From contig JAXLNO010000385.1 of assembly GCA_038087875.1 (NCBI GenBank), positions 124,001 through 188,000 of the forward strand: a stretch of 64,000 bases of DNA, read 5' to 3'. Every line of letters starts with the position of its first letter. Positions within the stretch are counted from its first letter, which is position 1. The translations under genes were made by a program, and so were the position numbers. A model generated the notes under the pieces. That model saw only the letters and a list, made by a program, of their open reading frames with translations, was not told the DNA's origin and did no database searches. Source of the DNA: Malacoraja senta (taxonomy: Eukaryota). Positions 31,601-45,278 of this stretch are shown in pieces.

Positions 31601-31829
31601 AGAGTGGTAGCTGTGTGGAATCAGCTTCCAGTGGAAGTGGTGGAGGCAGGTTCGATTTTATCATTTAAAAATAGATTGGATGGGTATATGGACTAGAAAG
31701 GAATGGAGGGTTATGGTCTGAGTGCAGGTAGATGGGACTAGGGGAGAAAAGGTGTTCGGCATGGACTTGAAGGGCCGAGATGGCCTGTTTCCATGCTATA
31801 ATTGTTATATGGTTATATGGTTATATGGT
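28672..31829 (+). mobile_element. CR1 lineage B, ORF1 tail + full-length but disrupted ORF2
   Basis: DHWD..DGLHLN ORF1 end; YFNARS, GDFN, SDH, RT motifs; (TTATATGG)n tail. Confidence 0.95.
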
Positions 31830-32040
31830 AAAACTGCACACACTACTCCAGTTGTGGTCTCACTAGGGCTCTGTACAACTGCAGAAGGACCTCTTTGCTC
31901 CTATATTCGATTCCTCTTGTTATAAAGGCCTACATGCCATTCGCTTTCTCCACTGCCTGCTGTACCTGCATGCTTACTTTCATAGACTGATGTACAAGGA
32001 CCCCCAGATCCCGTTGTACTTCCCCTTTTCCTAACTTGAC

Positions 32041-32419
32041 GGAAGGAAAGGAGAGGAGGGGGGCGGGAGGATGGGAAAGGGTGGTGGGGAGGGAGATGGC
32101 GGGGAGGGGAAGCGTGGGGGGAAGGGCAAGCGGGTGGGGTAGTGGGGGAGGGGGAGGGGAAAAGGGGTGATCAGTGGCATCACAGCGGGAACCCATCAGC
32201 CGCGTCAAGAGGGAGTAAGGAGAGGGGAAGATGAAGGAGGGGCGCGGTAAGTGGGAGCAGGGGAAGGGCAAGGGGGGGGGAGGGAGTGGAGGGACGAGGG
32301 GGGGATCAGTGGCGTCACAACGGGAACCGATCAGCCACGCCTGCGCAATTGGTGGCTATGCGTAAGTGGTGGAATAATGTGTTGGTGGAATGGGACCCAA
32401 AGGATCCCACGTAGTCTTG
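32041..32419 (+). mobile_element. Small non-autonomous Helitron-like element among CR1 fragments (mirror ~50392-50770)
   Basis: 3' hairpin TGGGACCC-AAA-GGATCCCA then CTTG|T (degenerate CTAG); shares gcctgcg..ggctatgcgt motif with 39230. Confidence 0.55.
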
Positions 32420-32889
32420 TAATCATATATGTTTCAATAAGATCCCCTCGCATCCTTCTAAATTCCAGTGTATACAAGCCCAGTCGCTCCATTCTTTCAA
32501 CATCTGACAGTCCCGCCATCCCGGGAATTAACCTGGTGAACCTATGCTGCACTACCTCAAAGAAAAAATGTCCTTCCGCAAATTTGGCGAGCTAAACTGC
32601 ACACAATACTCCAGGTGTGGCCTCACCAGGGCCCTGTACAACTGCAGATGGACCTCTTTGTTCCTATACTCAACGCCTCTTGTTATGAAGGCCAACATGC
32701 CAGTAGCTTTCTTCACGGCCCGCTGTACCTGCGTGTTACTTTCAGTGACTGATGAACAAGGACACCCAGACTTCCCTTTTCCTAACTTGACGCCATTCAG
32801 ATAAAAGTGGGGAGGAGGGGTGAGGGGAGTAGAGATGAGAAGAGGCGAGGGGTTGAGAGAGGGGAGGAGAGGAGTAGAGAGATTAGAGA

Positions 32890-34181
32890 TGAAATTATCG
32901 TAGAAATCCCTAATTTCTTCCCTCTTTCGGTCCTCTCTCCCCAAGGATTTCCGGGCTCCTCTTTGGAAAGGAAGACATATTATTATTCGTCGGGACATCC
33001 CGTAATCTTTTTGTTCCCCCTCTTCCCCTCCGCCCTCCTGTCCCCCCTCAAATGGGGCTGGTGGTATCAACGTTCGTTTCTTAAAAGCAGACAACAACAA
33101 ACTGGTTATAGGTAAACCAAGCCAATCTTTAATCGACTCATCAGACGGGAGTGGCAAGATCTACAAAGAGCACAAACGTTGCTCAGTGCTTCTCGGGCTC
33201 CACTCACAGAACAAAGGAAAGTTAGCACAATTATACATTTTTCTTATCAGTAAAACACTCCTACCAGGTCTGAATATGGCATGATTGAAAGATTCTATAG
33301 CCTTTCAGAATATAGGAAAAGCTGGGTCCAAATCAAGCCCATCCAATAACATGTTATTGCTTATTTCTGGAGCGTCAGATATTTTTTCAATCTTGGCTTT
33401 TTTATGGTCTTCAAAGAAGCACATGTTATTACGCAGGTTTTCATCTTAATGTCTTTATTAAAAAGATAACCTGTCCTCCATATTGTGTTCCATGTAATTT
33501 GCAGTCATTCAGACTTAGCACCGAGCCATTCATTTTTGTTCTATTAGACCATGCGTTCTTTACAGTAATGCCCCTGTCCCACTTAGGAAACCTGAACGGA
33601 AACCTCTGGAGACTTTGCGCGCCACCCAAGTTTCCGTGCGATTACCGGAGGTTTTTGTCTGTCTCCCTAATGGTCGAAAGTGGTTTCTGCTTCTTCTATG
33701 TTCCGGCGATTATTTAAAAAAATTCAAAACCGGCCGCGACAAAAAATAGGTTGCCATTTCAAAAATTGGTAATTTTTTAGTCGAAGCAGGTTGCGATGCT
33801 AGTTGAAGGTGGTTGCCGGAGGTTGCAGGTGGTTTCCGGAGGTTGAAACCTCCGGCAACCACCTTCAACTAGCATCGCAACCGGCTTCGACTAAAAAATT
33901 ACCGATTTTTTAAACGGCAACCTATTTATAGTCGCCGCCGGTTTTTAATTTTTTGAAATAATCGCCGGAGCATAGAAGAAGCGGAAACCACTTTCGACCA
34001 TTAGGGAGACTGACAAAACCCTCCGGGAACCGCACGGAAACCTTGGGTGGGGCGCAAAGTCTCCAGAGGTTTCCGTTCAGGTTTCCTAAGTGGGACAGGG
34101 GCATAAGTTTCCATCTTATATTAGTAAGAAGAACGACTCTATTTTGTAAACTAGATTAGATTTGACTATTAGCTCTTTTCA
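32890..34181 (-). mobile_element. ERV 3' LTR (left arm)
   Basis: Follows PPT AAAAAGGAGGGAC; TG...CA termini; TATAAT and ATTAAA in order. Confidence 0.75.
33569..34103. mobile_element. PIF/Harbinger-like palindromic MITE
   Basis: TIR TGCCCCTGTCCCACTTAGG, near whole-length self-complementarity, TAA target-site duplication (33566-68, 34104-06). Confidence 0.9.
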
Positions 34182-34399
34182 GTCCCTCCTTTTTATCATA
34201 CATGATAACATTCACAGTCCTCGATAGGTACACAATGCTCGCAAGAATTTAATGATAAAGATTAGAGCAATGATAAAACAGAAAGATAGAGCCATAATGT
34301 ATCACAGTACCCCAAAGTCCACCAAACCAAAGGTATAGTCACCAGTTCAAGAGTACCTCAAAGTCCATCGAACCAACGGACATGGCAACCAGTTCTCGT

Positions 34400-35120
34400 T
34401 CTCTTCATTGACCTGATGAAGCTTGTTTCGGGTTGAAGGATCAGGTGCCACCTGTCGGTGTAATCCTTTCAGCCGATATTCATGGGGTTGTGCCATAAAG
34501 TTTGCACCTGTCCGAGGGTATTGCCAGTGTCTTCGGAGAGCATTACTCCCCATCTCGGCCATCGGTAGGGTTCACCACCTTGAGCGAGATGCCAGCATAC
34601 CCATGGGCTTTGGGCAGCTGCTACTCCCAGTAAGTTTGGGTGACCTGCTTCCACATCACCACCTAGAAGCGGCTGCTGGACTGGAACCCAAAGACAAAGC
34701 CAGCGTAGATTGTAGCCTGTGTTGATGTAGAAGGTGCCACTGAATTTGATGGCGTTGAACTCTACGAATCCGACAGCAAGGCCAGGGTCAGAGTTGGCGG
34801 TCTGTAGCAACTCCATGCCCTTGTTGCGCACAACCCAGTTAGGATCGATCTGCATCGTCCCCGTTGGAACTTCCTCAGGTCAGTCTCGCTGATGGCGCTG
34901 TTCTCAGGGAACATGTCATAGATATCTGGGATGTTGTCGTTCTCAATCTCGTGTCTCCTCTGCCGTCACCATCGGCATCGATCTGGCCAGGGTTGGGGAC
35001 AAGATGGCAATTGTCCTTCTCATCAAAAACGCCATTGTTGCCATCCTCATCAATCTCCTGATTGTCATCACACTGATTACCCACCAGGTCTGAGTCATTG
35101 CCTTCCTGGTCAGGGTTATG
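34400..35120 (-). pseudogene. THBS2: Intronless thrombospondin-2-like fragment (type-3 Ca-binding repeats + C-terminal domain), left arm
   Basis: [99 protein letters not shown]; many indels and stops. Confidence 0.88.
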
Positions 35121-35234
35121 CATAATCTCTCTTAAGAGGTCCAACTGTTTCAAAATGTTCAGCTTCTCTCTCTCTAGGTCACCCGATAGAGCGCGAAATG
35201 CTTCAAAATTGTTGATAAAATGTGGTTCGTCTTC

Positions 35235-35970
35235 ATAGAAACATAGAAAATAGGTGCAGGAGTAGGCCATTCGGCACTTCGATCCTGCACCGCCATTCAA
35301 TATGATCATGGCTGATCATCCAACTCAGTATCCTGTACCTGCTTTCTCTCCATACCCCCTGATCCCTTTAGCCACAAGGGCTACATCTAACTCCCTCTTA
35401 AATATAGCCAATGAACTGGCCTCAACTGCATTCTGTGGCAGAGAATTAAAGAGATTCACCACTCTCCTTGTAAAAAAATGTTTTTCTCATCTCAGTCCTA
35501 AAATATTTCCCCTTTATCCTTAAACTGTGACCCCTTGTTCTGGACTTCCCCAACATCGGGAACAATCTTCCTGCATCTAGCCTGTCCAACCCCTCAAGAA
35601 GTTTGTAAGTTTCTATAAGATCTCCCCTCAATCTTCTAAATTCCAGCGAGTACAAGACGAGTCTATCTAGTCTTTCCTCATATGAAAGTCCTGACATCCC
35701 AGGAATCAGTCTGGTGAACCTTCTCTGTACTCCCTCTATTGCAAGAATGTCCTTCCTCAGATTAGGAGACCAAAACTGTACGCAATACTCCAGGTGTGGT
35801 CTCACCAAGACCCTGTACAACTGCAGTAGAACCTCCCTGCTCCTATACTCAAATCCTTTCGCTATGAATGCTAACATACCATTCGCTTTCTTCACTGCCT
35901 GCTGCACCTACATGCCTACTTTCAATGACTGGTGTACCATGACATCCAGGCCTCGTTCCATCTCCCCTTT
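35235..35970 (-). mobile_element. CR1 3' fragment inserted in ERV (mirror 46342-47070)
   Basis: ORF 35446-35907 and tail. Confidence 0.95.
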
Positions 35971-36520
35971 TCAATCCAGTTCTGTAACTGAGTCGCACTC
36001 CTAAATCAGGCCTTTGTAACTCCGCAACCTGGTTGCTCTCCTTCAGCTGGTGTGTGATAGAAGCGAGATGGTCATTTCCAGACTGGGTGAGCACATTTTA
36101 CCATCAGTTTCAGGTCTGTCTGTAGCTCCAGGATCAGGTGCCACCTTTTTCTGGTTACTTCAAGAACCTGTGGTAGATGCAGGAAATTGTTCCCAATGTT
36201 GGGGCGAGTCCAGAACCAGGGGCCACACACAGACGCAGAATAAAGCGGTCATTTAAGACTGAGGTGAGAAAAAAACGTTTTCACCCAGAGAGTTGTGAAT
36301 TTGTGGAATTCCCTGCCACAGAGGGCAGTGGAGGCCAAGTCACTGGATGGATTTAAGAGAGAGTTAGATAGAGCTCTAGGGGCTAGTGGAGTCAAGGGTA
36401 TGGGGAGCAGGCAGGCACGGGTTATTGATAGGGGACGATCAGCCATGATCACAATGAATGGCGGTGCTGGCTCGAAAGGCCGAATGGCCTCCTCCTGCAC
36501 CTATTTTCTATGTTTCTACG

Positions 36521-37026
36521 TAATGGATCCATCTTGGTCAGTGTTATTACCGTAAGGAGAGTTGTCAGCCTTATTCACAGGACGTCTTGGTGCAGGGGCT
36601 GTTCACCAAGTCCAACCTCGGGATAAAAAGGAGGGTTAATAGCTCCATTGTCGTTTCTTGGTTCCCCTCCATTTAGTCCATCGTGTCAGATGTCTTCAAT
36701 GGGTGTAATCTTCAATCTTCACGGTGGTTGGTGCCGCAGTAGCACGCGGTACAGTCCCCTCCAACACAGACCCAATTTCGTCCGATCCCAGTACCTTAGC
36801 AGTATGTAGTCTCCCAAGTAGTATGGACTGTGTCTGTGTTCAACTGGCAGTGGCTTCTGCGTTTCCAATACCTGTGAATGCAAGACCGACAAGGTTCGGG
36901 TTAATTGCAGTGCGCTTGTAATTAATTAATCGCTGAGGGCCTGTCGGTCAAAACTAACTTCCACACTCTTTAGTGTCCTATTCATTCCCTCCACCAATCC
37001 AGAATTCTATGGGTGGTGGGGATGTA
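36521..37026 (-). pseudogene. pol: ERV pol integrase C-terminus and start of env, left arm
   Basis: Reverse complement of 45279-45790. Confidence 0.85.
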
Positions 37027-38699
37027 AGATCACTCTCTAACTACTTACAAGGCAGACCCTTTAAAAAGTAAAAAAAGATCATTATTAAGAAAAAAAACCA
37101 GTTTAAAAATATTCCCAATTGTTCCAAGCTATCTCCCCCAAATTGACGATTTCAAATTAACAGATTTTGTTCTGAGATAAAGGAATCTCCAATCTCAGCT
37201 AGCACATCTACCTGGATGCGTGAAACATATACGATTGGTAAGGGTTTGAACACGCTAGAGGCAGGAAACATGTTCCCGATGTTGGGGGAGTCCAGAACCA
37301 GGGGCCACACAGTTTAAGAATAAGTGGTAAACCATTTGAAACGGAGACGAGGAAACATTTTTTCTCACAGAGTGTTGAGTCTGCGGAATTCTCTGCCTCA
37401 GTGGAGGCGGGTTCACTGGATGCTTTCAAGAGAGAGGTAGATAGGGCTCTTAAAAATAGCGGAGTCAGGGGATATGGGGAGAAGGCAGGAATGGGGTGCT
37501 GATTGGGGATGATCAGCCATGATCACATTGAATGGCGGTGCTGGCTCGAAGGGCCGAATGGCCTACTCCTGCACCTATTGTCTACTGTCTATGCCACGTG
37601 CCCATCGTGGAATTCAGGTTTCCATTTGAACTCAATTCAAAAGGTAAGATATAGGAGGACAATAAACTTAAAGTTAAGAATAAACAATTAATTTTCGTAG
37701 ATTGCAAGCTCATTCAATGACATCCTATTTCATCTGACACGGACCATTTCATCAAAAGGGGAATATGTACGAGTATATAAATATAGCCTGGTACTGGATG
37801 TCAAGTATCCTGATAGGCGTTGGGAGAAATGAGACAGAACGAAATCGTGAACAAAGGAGAAGAGAGCTGCAAGTTTCTAGGCAGCATAGCCTTGAAAAGA
37901 ACAGAGAGAGCTCTCTAGACTGATAAGGGACAGAACTTGTATGAGTGACAACTTGAAAGAACATCCTAGAATACTTTGAGAGCTTTGGGTTAGAACAAAT
38001 ACTTCCCTTCGAACATTGAAAAAAAATAGTACAGATGAACAGGCAAAACATACATCAGGTACACTCATTTGTCCGAGAGGAGTGAGCTAGAGTGGCTCAG
38101 CCCCCTCGTATCCAAAAAATCGCGTTGCGCACTAGAAGCGTCCCTCCGTATCAACTTAACATTCTACTCCCTTGTGTGACAGAGCCGTTCTGTTTAAAAT
38201 AATCGTTGCTTCTGTGGGGACCAATGTGCAGAATTCGCAAGCTGGGGCATTCTCCTGGGAGACTTTGTGAACTGGGACTGGGAGGGCTAAGGCTGGCACT
38301 GCCTTTAAATTGTAAAAGTCGTCTTGTTGAAGTGAGAAGTTGAAATGTACAAAGGAAGTAGTTTAGTTTAATGGTGGCGGGCTAATGTCGTTCAAAATGG
38401 GAGTGGTCCGAGCTGTGATTGGACAGTGATCCAGATTGTGATTGGCCAGTCTCCCCCCTCTTCTATAATGATCGCCATGCCAGCCATAGCGTCTCCGAGG
38501 GCTTACCGGTAACCGATTTGTTCTTAACTACTAATTGCTGTTCTCCGACCTCTTCTTATCATCGCTTTCTTTCTCTGCCTTAGCCCTTAACTCCTATCCC
38601 TCAGCCCACTGGCATTCCAACTGAAGTACTTTCCATCCTTTAATAGGTCCTTTATTCCACAATTCAATCCCTCTTTTACAAACGTAATCCATCCAACTC

Positions 38700-39058
<359 letters not shown>

Positions 39059-39132
39059 ACTGGCCAAGACTCATCACCCAAATGTTTGGTAAATTTATAA
39101 TTCATGTTCCCCCCCTCCTGTTCCACCTTTAA

Positions 39133-39438
39133 TAGTCCCCCCCCCCTCCCTCTCCCCTCTCCCTCTCCCCCCCTTCCCTCTCTGCCATCACTATCTACCC
39201 CCCCCTCCCTCTCTAGATGTGCCTGCGAGTTGGGGGCTATGCGTCAGTAGATAGGGAGGTTATGGGTAAAAGGAGCAAATTATTAATATTAATATATTGG
39301 CAAGGGGGGTCGTTAGTGTGTGTGCGGGGGGAGTTAGTGTGTGTGTGTGGGGGTGGTTAATGTGTGTGACGCCGCATGCCGCCCCCCCCGCAACCGCACG
39401 TTGGGGGAACAGACCCAACGGGTCTGCACTTGGTCTAG
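39133..39438 (+). mobile_element. Non-autonomous Helitron 3' end
   Basis: Perfect hairpin CAGACCC-AAC-GGGTCTG (39410-39426), 8 nt, then CTAG (39435-38) followed by T; 5' boundary approximate. Confidence 0.75.
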
Positions 39439-39439
39439 T

Positions 39440-39804
39440 ATTCTATAATCCTTGTTGTTCTCAGGAAGCAACATGTGTTGTACAGCTGTCTTTCCGTCAC
39501 ACTTATCCAAATTATTTCCCATGTCTATCCAATCACCGACTACTTACTGTGTACACAAACTGTAACACACTTTTTCAGCCTGTTATGCCCGATCCTTTAT
39601 ATTAGTAACAAACCTTTGCAGTCTGTTGTGCCCGATCCTGGCTACTCTCTCTGATAGCAAATTCACAACACAGTCTTTTCAATACACTGTCTTTTCAAGA
39701 CAATCTTTTCCATACACTTTGTGACAAAACCTACCAGACCATGCTTTTGTAGAAGAACTACTCCATTTTGTAAACCATATTAGATTTGACTATTAGCTCT
39801 TTCA
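39440..39804 (-). mobile_element. ERV LTR U3 portion (putative 5' LTR), interrupted by Helitron
   Basis: Starts TGAAAGAGCTAATAGTCAAATCTAAT; no PPT upstream. Confidence 0.65.
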
Positions 39805-42800
39805 GGAGGGGAGGAAAGGGGAGGGGAGGAGAGAGGAGGAGAGAGGAGGGGAGGAGAGGGGAGGAGAGGGGAGGTGAAGAGTGTAGGAGAGGGTAGGAGA
39901 GGGGAGGGAGGAGAGGAGAGGGGTGGAGAGGGGAGGAGAGAGGAGGAGAGGGGAGGAGAGGGGAGGAGAGGGAAGGGGAGGGAAGGGGGGGAGAGGAGAG
40001 GGGAGGAGAGGGGAGGAGAGATGTGGAGAGAGGAGGAGAGGGGAGGAAAGGAAAGGGTAGGAGAGGGGAGGAGATGGGAGGAGAGGGGAGGGGAAGAGGG
40101 GAGGGGAAGAGGGGAGGGGTGGAGAGATGAGGTGAGGAGAGGGGAGGGGAGGAGAGGAGAGGGGAGGAGAGGGTAGGAGAGGGGAGAAGAGGGGAGGAGA
40201 GATGAGGTGAGGGGGGGGGAGCTCTCCATATTCATTAATTATTTTTATTACAGAGCATGTGGCAAATTTTGTCCACAATACACCATGTCAGAAAGCTAAC
40301 CCCCTCTCCTCTGGCCCCTACACCCCCTCTCTGTAACGCCCTTCACTCCAGCCCCTTCAACACCCTCTCCCCATCTCGGTGACCCCCTCCCCTCCGACCC
40401 CTGCACCCCCTCAAGCCGTCTATTTAGTTTAACACATCACCCCCTACTTTCTCCGACAGATTAATTCCACCCTGTCCCTCCCTCCCTCACCTCCCTCCCT
40501 CTCTCCCTCCCTCCCTCACCTCCCTCCCTCTCCCCCTCCCTAACTCCATCCCTCCCTCCCTCTACATCGGCGAGACGGGGCGATATTTTAGGAGGTTTTA
40601 CGAATAAACTCTGCTTTCTTAAATCCTTTACTGAGTTTTAAATAGATGTACTAATGATTTTAACTGTATGTGTGTGTGTATGTGTATTAGACAATAGACA
40701 ATAGACTATAGGTGCAGGAGTAGGCCATTTGGCCCTTCGAGCCAGCACCGCCATTCACTGTGATCACGGCTGATCATCCCCAATCAGTACCCGGTTCCTG
40801 CCTTCTCCCAATATCCCCTGACCCCGCTATTTTTAAGAGCCCCATCTAGCTCTCTCTTGAAAGTATCCGGAGAAACGTGCCTCCACCGCCCTGAGGCAGA
40901 GAATTCCACAGACTCACCACTCTCTGTGAGAAAAAGTGTTTCCTCGTCTCTGTTCTAAATGGCTTACTCCTTATTCTTAAACTGTGGCCCCTGGTTCTGG
41001 ACACCCCCAACATCGGGAACATGTTTCCTGCCTCTAGCGTGTCCAAGCCCTTAACAATCTTATATGTTTCAATGAGATCACCTCTCATCCTTCTAAACTC
41101 CAAAGTGTACAAGCCCAGCTGCTCCATTCTCTCAGCATATGACAGTCCCGCCATCCGGGAATTAACCTTGTAAACCTACGCTGCACTCCCTCAATAGCAA
41201 GAATGTTATATAAGAATAGCAAGAACGGTCACAGAGTGATACAATGTGGAAACAGGCCCTACGGGCCCAACTTGCCCACACCGGCCAACATACCACATCT
41301 ACACTAGTCCAACCTGCCCAATGTGTGGCCCATATCCCTACAAATTGACAAATTGGGAGTATTAAGATGGAGTTTAAGGGGAAGTGAGTACAGGAAAAGT
41401 TACAAAAGACTCCCGAATTAATGGGAAGGAAAGTTCGAGAAGGGATAAGAGAGTAAGGTCAGGGCCAATAGTGACCGGAGAGAGAGGGCAGGTGAATACC
41501 GAAGTTAAGGTGTGTGTATGAATGCGCGAGGTATAAGGAATATAGTGGATGTGCTTGAAGCTCAGTTAGGAATTGGCAAGTATGATGTTGTGGGAATTAC
41601 AAAGACGTGGCTGCAAGTTGAATCAAGAGTTAAAATTGGCATGTCATGCTACAGTGGTTATGGGAGATTTCCACATGTAGAATAGAATGGGAAAATCAGG
41701 TTGGTTCTGGACCCCAACAAAGGGAGTTTGGAGAGTGCCTCCGAGCTGTATTCTTAGAGCAGCTTGTACTGGAGCCTACCAGGGAGAAGACAATTCTGGA
41801 TTTAGTGTTGTGTAATGACCTGGATTTGATAAGGGAACTCAAGGTAAAGTAGCCATGAGGAGGGAGTGACCATAATATGATAAGTTTTAATCTACAATTT
41901 GAGAGGGTGAGGGGAAAATCAGAAGTGTCAGTATGATAGGTACACAAAAATGCTGGAGTAACTCAGCGGGTGCAGCACCATCTATGAGCGAAGGAAATAG
42001 GCAACGTTTCCGGGCCGAAACCCTTCTTCAGACCCTGTCAGTATGATAGTTGAACAAAGGTGACTATGGAGGCATTGAGAGAGGAGCTGGCCAAAGTTGA
42101 CTGAAAGAGACCCCATCAGGGATGACAACGGAACAACAATGGCAGGTATATCTGGGAATAATACAGAAGGTGCAGGATCAGTTCATTCCAAAGAGGATGA
42201 AAGATTCCATGGGGAGTAAGAGGGAGGAAGTAAAGGGGACCGTGGCTGACAAGGGAAGTCGAGGACAGTATAAAATTAAAATAGAAATATAACATAGCAA
42301 AAATGAGTGAGAAGCCAGAGGATTGGGGAACTATCATAGAACAACAGAAGATAACTAAAAAGACAATACGGGGAGAAAAGATGAGGTACGAAGGAAGCTA
42401 GCCAAGAATATAAAGGAGGAGAGTAAAAGCTTCTTAAGGTATGTGAAGAGGAAAAAATTAGATAAGACCAAAGTTGGACTCTTGAAGACAGAAACAGGTG
42501 AATTTATTACGGGGAACAAGGAAATGACAGACGGGTTGAACAGGTACTTTGGATCTGTCTTCTTTAAGGATGACACAAAACAATCTCCCAGATGTACTAG
42601 TGGCCAGAGGACCTAGGGTGAGGGAGGAACTGAAGGAAATACACATTAGGCAGGAAATGCTGTTGCGTAGACAGAAGGCTGATAGATCCCCAGAGCCGGA
42701 TGGTCTGCATCCCAAGGCACTTAATGAGGTGGCTCTGGAAATCGTGGACGCATTGGTGATCATTTTATAGACAATAGGTGCAGGAGACCATTCGGCCCTT

Positions 42801-43422
42801 CGATCCAGCACCCACCATTCAATGCTACAAGAGGAGTTGAGTAGAGGAGCAAAGAGGTCCTTCTGCAGTTGTATAGGGCCCAGTGCGATCACACCTGGAG
42901 TATTATGTGCAGTTCTGGTCTCCAAATTTGAGGATGGAAATTCTTGCTATTGAGGGAGTGCAGGGTAGGTTCACCAGGTTAATTCCCGGGATGGCGAGAC
43001 TGTCATATGTTGATAGAATGGAGCGGCTGGGCTTGTATACTCGGATTTAGAAGGATGAGAGGGGATCTTATTGAAACATATAAGATTATTAAGGATTTGG
43101 ACACGCTAGAGAGAGGAAACATGTTTCAGATGTTGAGGAGTCCAGAACCAGGGGCCACAGTTTAAGAATAAAAGGTAAGCCATTTAGAATGGAGATGAGG
43201 ACAAACCTTTTCACTCAGAGAGTGTGAATCTGTGGAATTCTCTACCTCAGAAGGCGGCGGAGGTCGGTTCTCTGGATGCTTTCAAGAGAGAGTTGGATAG
43301 AGCTCTTAAAGATAGCGTAATCAGGGATATGGGGAGAAGGCAGGAACGGGGCACTGGTTGTGGATGACCAACCATGATCACATTGAATGGCGGTTCTGGC
43401 TCGAAGGGCCGAATGGGCTGCT
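39557..43422 (+). repeat. Segmental direct duplication, copy 2
   Basis: Colinear with 1-~4120. Confidence 0.95.
41940..42035 (-). mobile_element. 96-bp Penelope-like terminal fragment with 14-bp target duplication
   Basis: Flanked by TGTCAGTATGATAG at 41926-39 and 42036-49; single copy and no insert at ~2744-2757. Confidence 0.85.
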
Positions 43423-43622
43423 NNNNNNNNNNNNNNNNNNNNNNNNNNNNNNNNNNNNNNNNNNNNNNNNNNNNNNNNNNNNNNNNNNNNNNNNNNNNNN
43501 NNNNNNNNNNNNNNNNNNNNNNNNNNNNNNNNNNNNNNNNNNNNNNNNNNNNNNNNNNNNNNNNNNNNNNNNNNNNNNNNNNNNNNNNNNNNNNNNNNNN
43601 NNNNNNNNNNNNNNNNNNNNNN
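43423..43622. other. Assembly gap (200 N)
   Basis: Run of N. Confidence 1.
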
Positions 43623-45278
43623 TTTGTAAAAGAGGGATTGAATTGTGGAATAAAGGACCTATTAAAGGATGGAAAGTACTTCAGATGGAATGCCAGTGGG
43701 CTGAGGGATAGGAGTTAAGGGCTAAGGCAGAGAAAGAAAGCGATGATAAGAAGAGGTCGGAGAACAGCAAATAGTAGTTAAGAACAAATCGGTTACCGGT
43801 AAGCCCTCGGAGACGCTATGGCTGGCATGGCGACCATTATAGAAGAGGGGGGAGACTGGCCAATCACAATCTGGATCACTGTCCAATCACAGCTCGGACC
43901 ACTCCCATTTTGAACGACATTAGCCCGCCACCATTAAACTAAACTACTTCCTTTGTTCATTTCAACTTCTCACTTCAACAAGACGACTTTTACAATTTAA
44001 AGGCAGTGCCAGCCTTAGCCCTCCCAGTCCCAGTTCACAAAGTCTCCCAGGAGAATGCCCCAGCTTGCGAATTCTGCACATTGGTCCCCACAGAAGCAAA
44101 GATTATTTTAAACAGAACGGCTCTGTCAGACAAGGGAGTAGAATGTTAAGTTGATACGGAGGGACGCTTCAAGTGCGCAACGCGATTTTTTGGATACGAG
44201 GGGGCTGAGCCACTCTAGCTCACTCCTCTCGGACAAATGAGTGTACCTGATGTATGTTTTGCCTGTTCATCTGTACTATTTTTTTTCAATGTTCGAAGGG
44301 AAGTATTTGTTCCAACCCAAAGCTCTCAAAGTATTCTAGGATGTTCTTTCAAGTTGTCACTCATACAAGTTCTGTCCCCTTATCAGTCTAGAGAGTTCTC
44401 TCTGTTCTTTTCAAGGCTATGCTGCCTAGAAACTTGCAGCTCTCTTCTCCTTTGTTCACGATTTCGTTCTGTCTCATTTCTCCCAACGCCTATCAGGATA
44501 CTTGACATCCAGTACCAGGCTATATTTATATACTCGTACATGTACCCCTTTTGATGAAATGGTCCGTGTCAGATGAAATAGGATGTCATTGAATGAGCTT
44601 GCAATCTACGAAAATTAATTGTTTATTCTTAACTTTAAGTTTATTTTCCTCCTATATCTTACCTTTTGAATTGAGTTCAAATGGAAACCTGAATTCCACG
44701 ATGGTCACGTGGCATAGACAGTAGACAATAGGTGCAGGAGTAGGCCATTCGGCCCTTCGAGCCAGCACCGCCATTCAATGTGAACATGGCTGATCATCCC
44801 AATCAGCACCCCATTCCTGCCTTCTCCCCATATCCCCTGACTCCGCTATTTTAAGAGCCCTATCTACCTCTCTCTTGAAAGCATCCAGAGAACCCGCCTC
44901 CACTGAGGCAGAGAATTCCGCAGACACACCACTCTGTGAGAAAAAGTGTTTCCTCGTCTCCGTTTCAAATGGCTCACCCCTTATTCTTAAACTGTGTGGC
45001 CTATGGTTCTGGACTCCCCCAACATCGGGAACATGTTTCCTGCCTCTAGCGTGTCCAAACCCTTAACAATCTTATATGTTTCACGCATCCAGGTAGATGT
45101 GTTAGCTGAGATTGGAGATTCCTTTATCTCAGAAAAAAATCTGTTAATTTGAAGTCGTAAATTTGGGGGATATAGCTTGGAACAATTGGGAATATTTTAA
45201 AATTGTTTTTGTCTTCTTAATAATGATTTTTTTTTACTTTTTAAAGGGTCTGCCTTGTAAGTAGTTAGAGAGTGATAT

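Noticed and set aside
34400..35120. Functional host thrombospondin gene or ordinary processed pseudogene
   Set aside because: No introns and many disabling indels rule out the host gene; the absence of 3' UTR, poly(A) and TSD argues against a standard LINE-made retrocopy, though it is not fully excluded.
35120..35235. [26 protein letters not shown], in frame with the THBS segment, recalls a CRACR2A/RAB44-type coiled coil (second captured gene?)
   Set aside because: Only ~25 aa of generic coiled-coil composition recalled from memory; could equally be viral. Needs BLAST before any claim.
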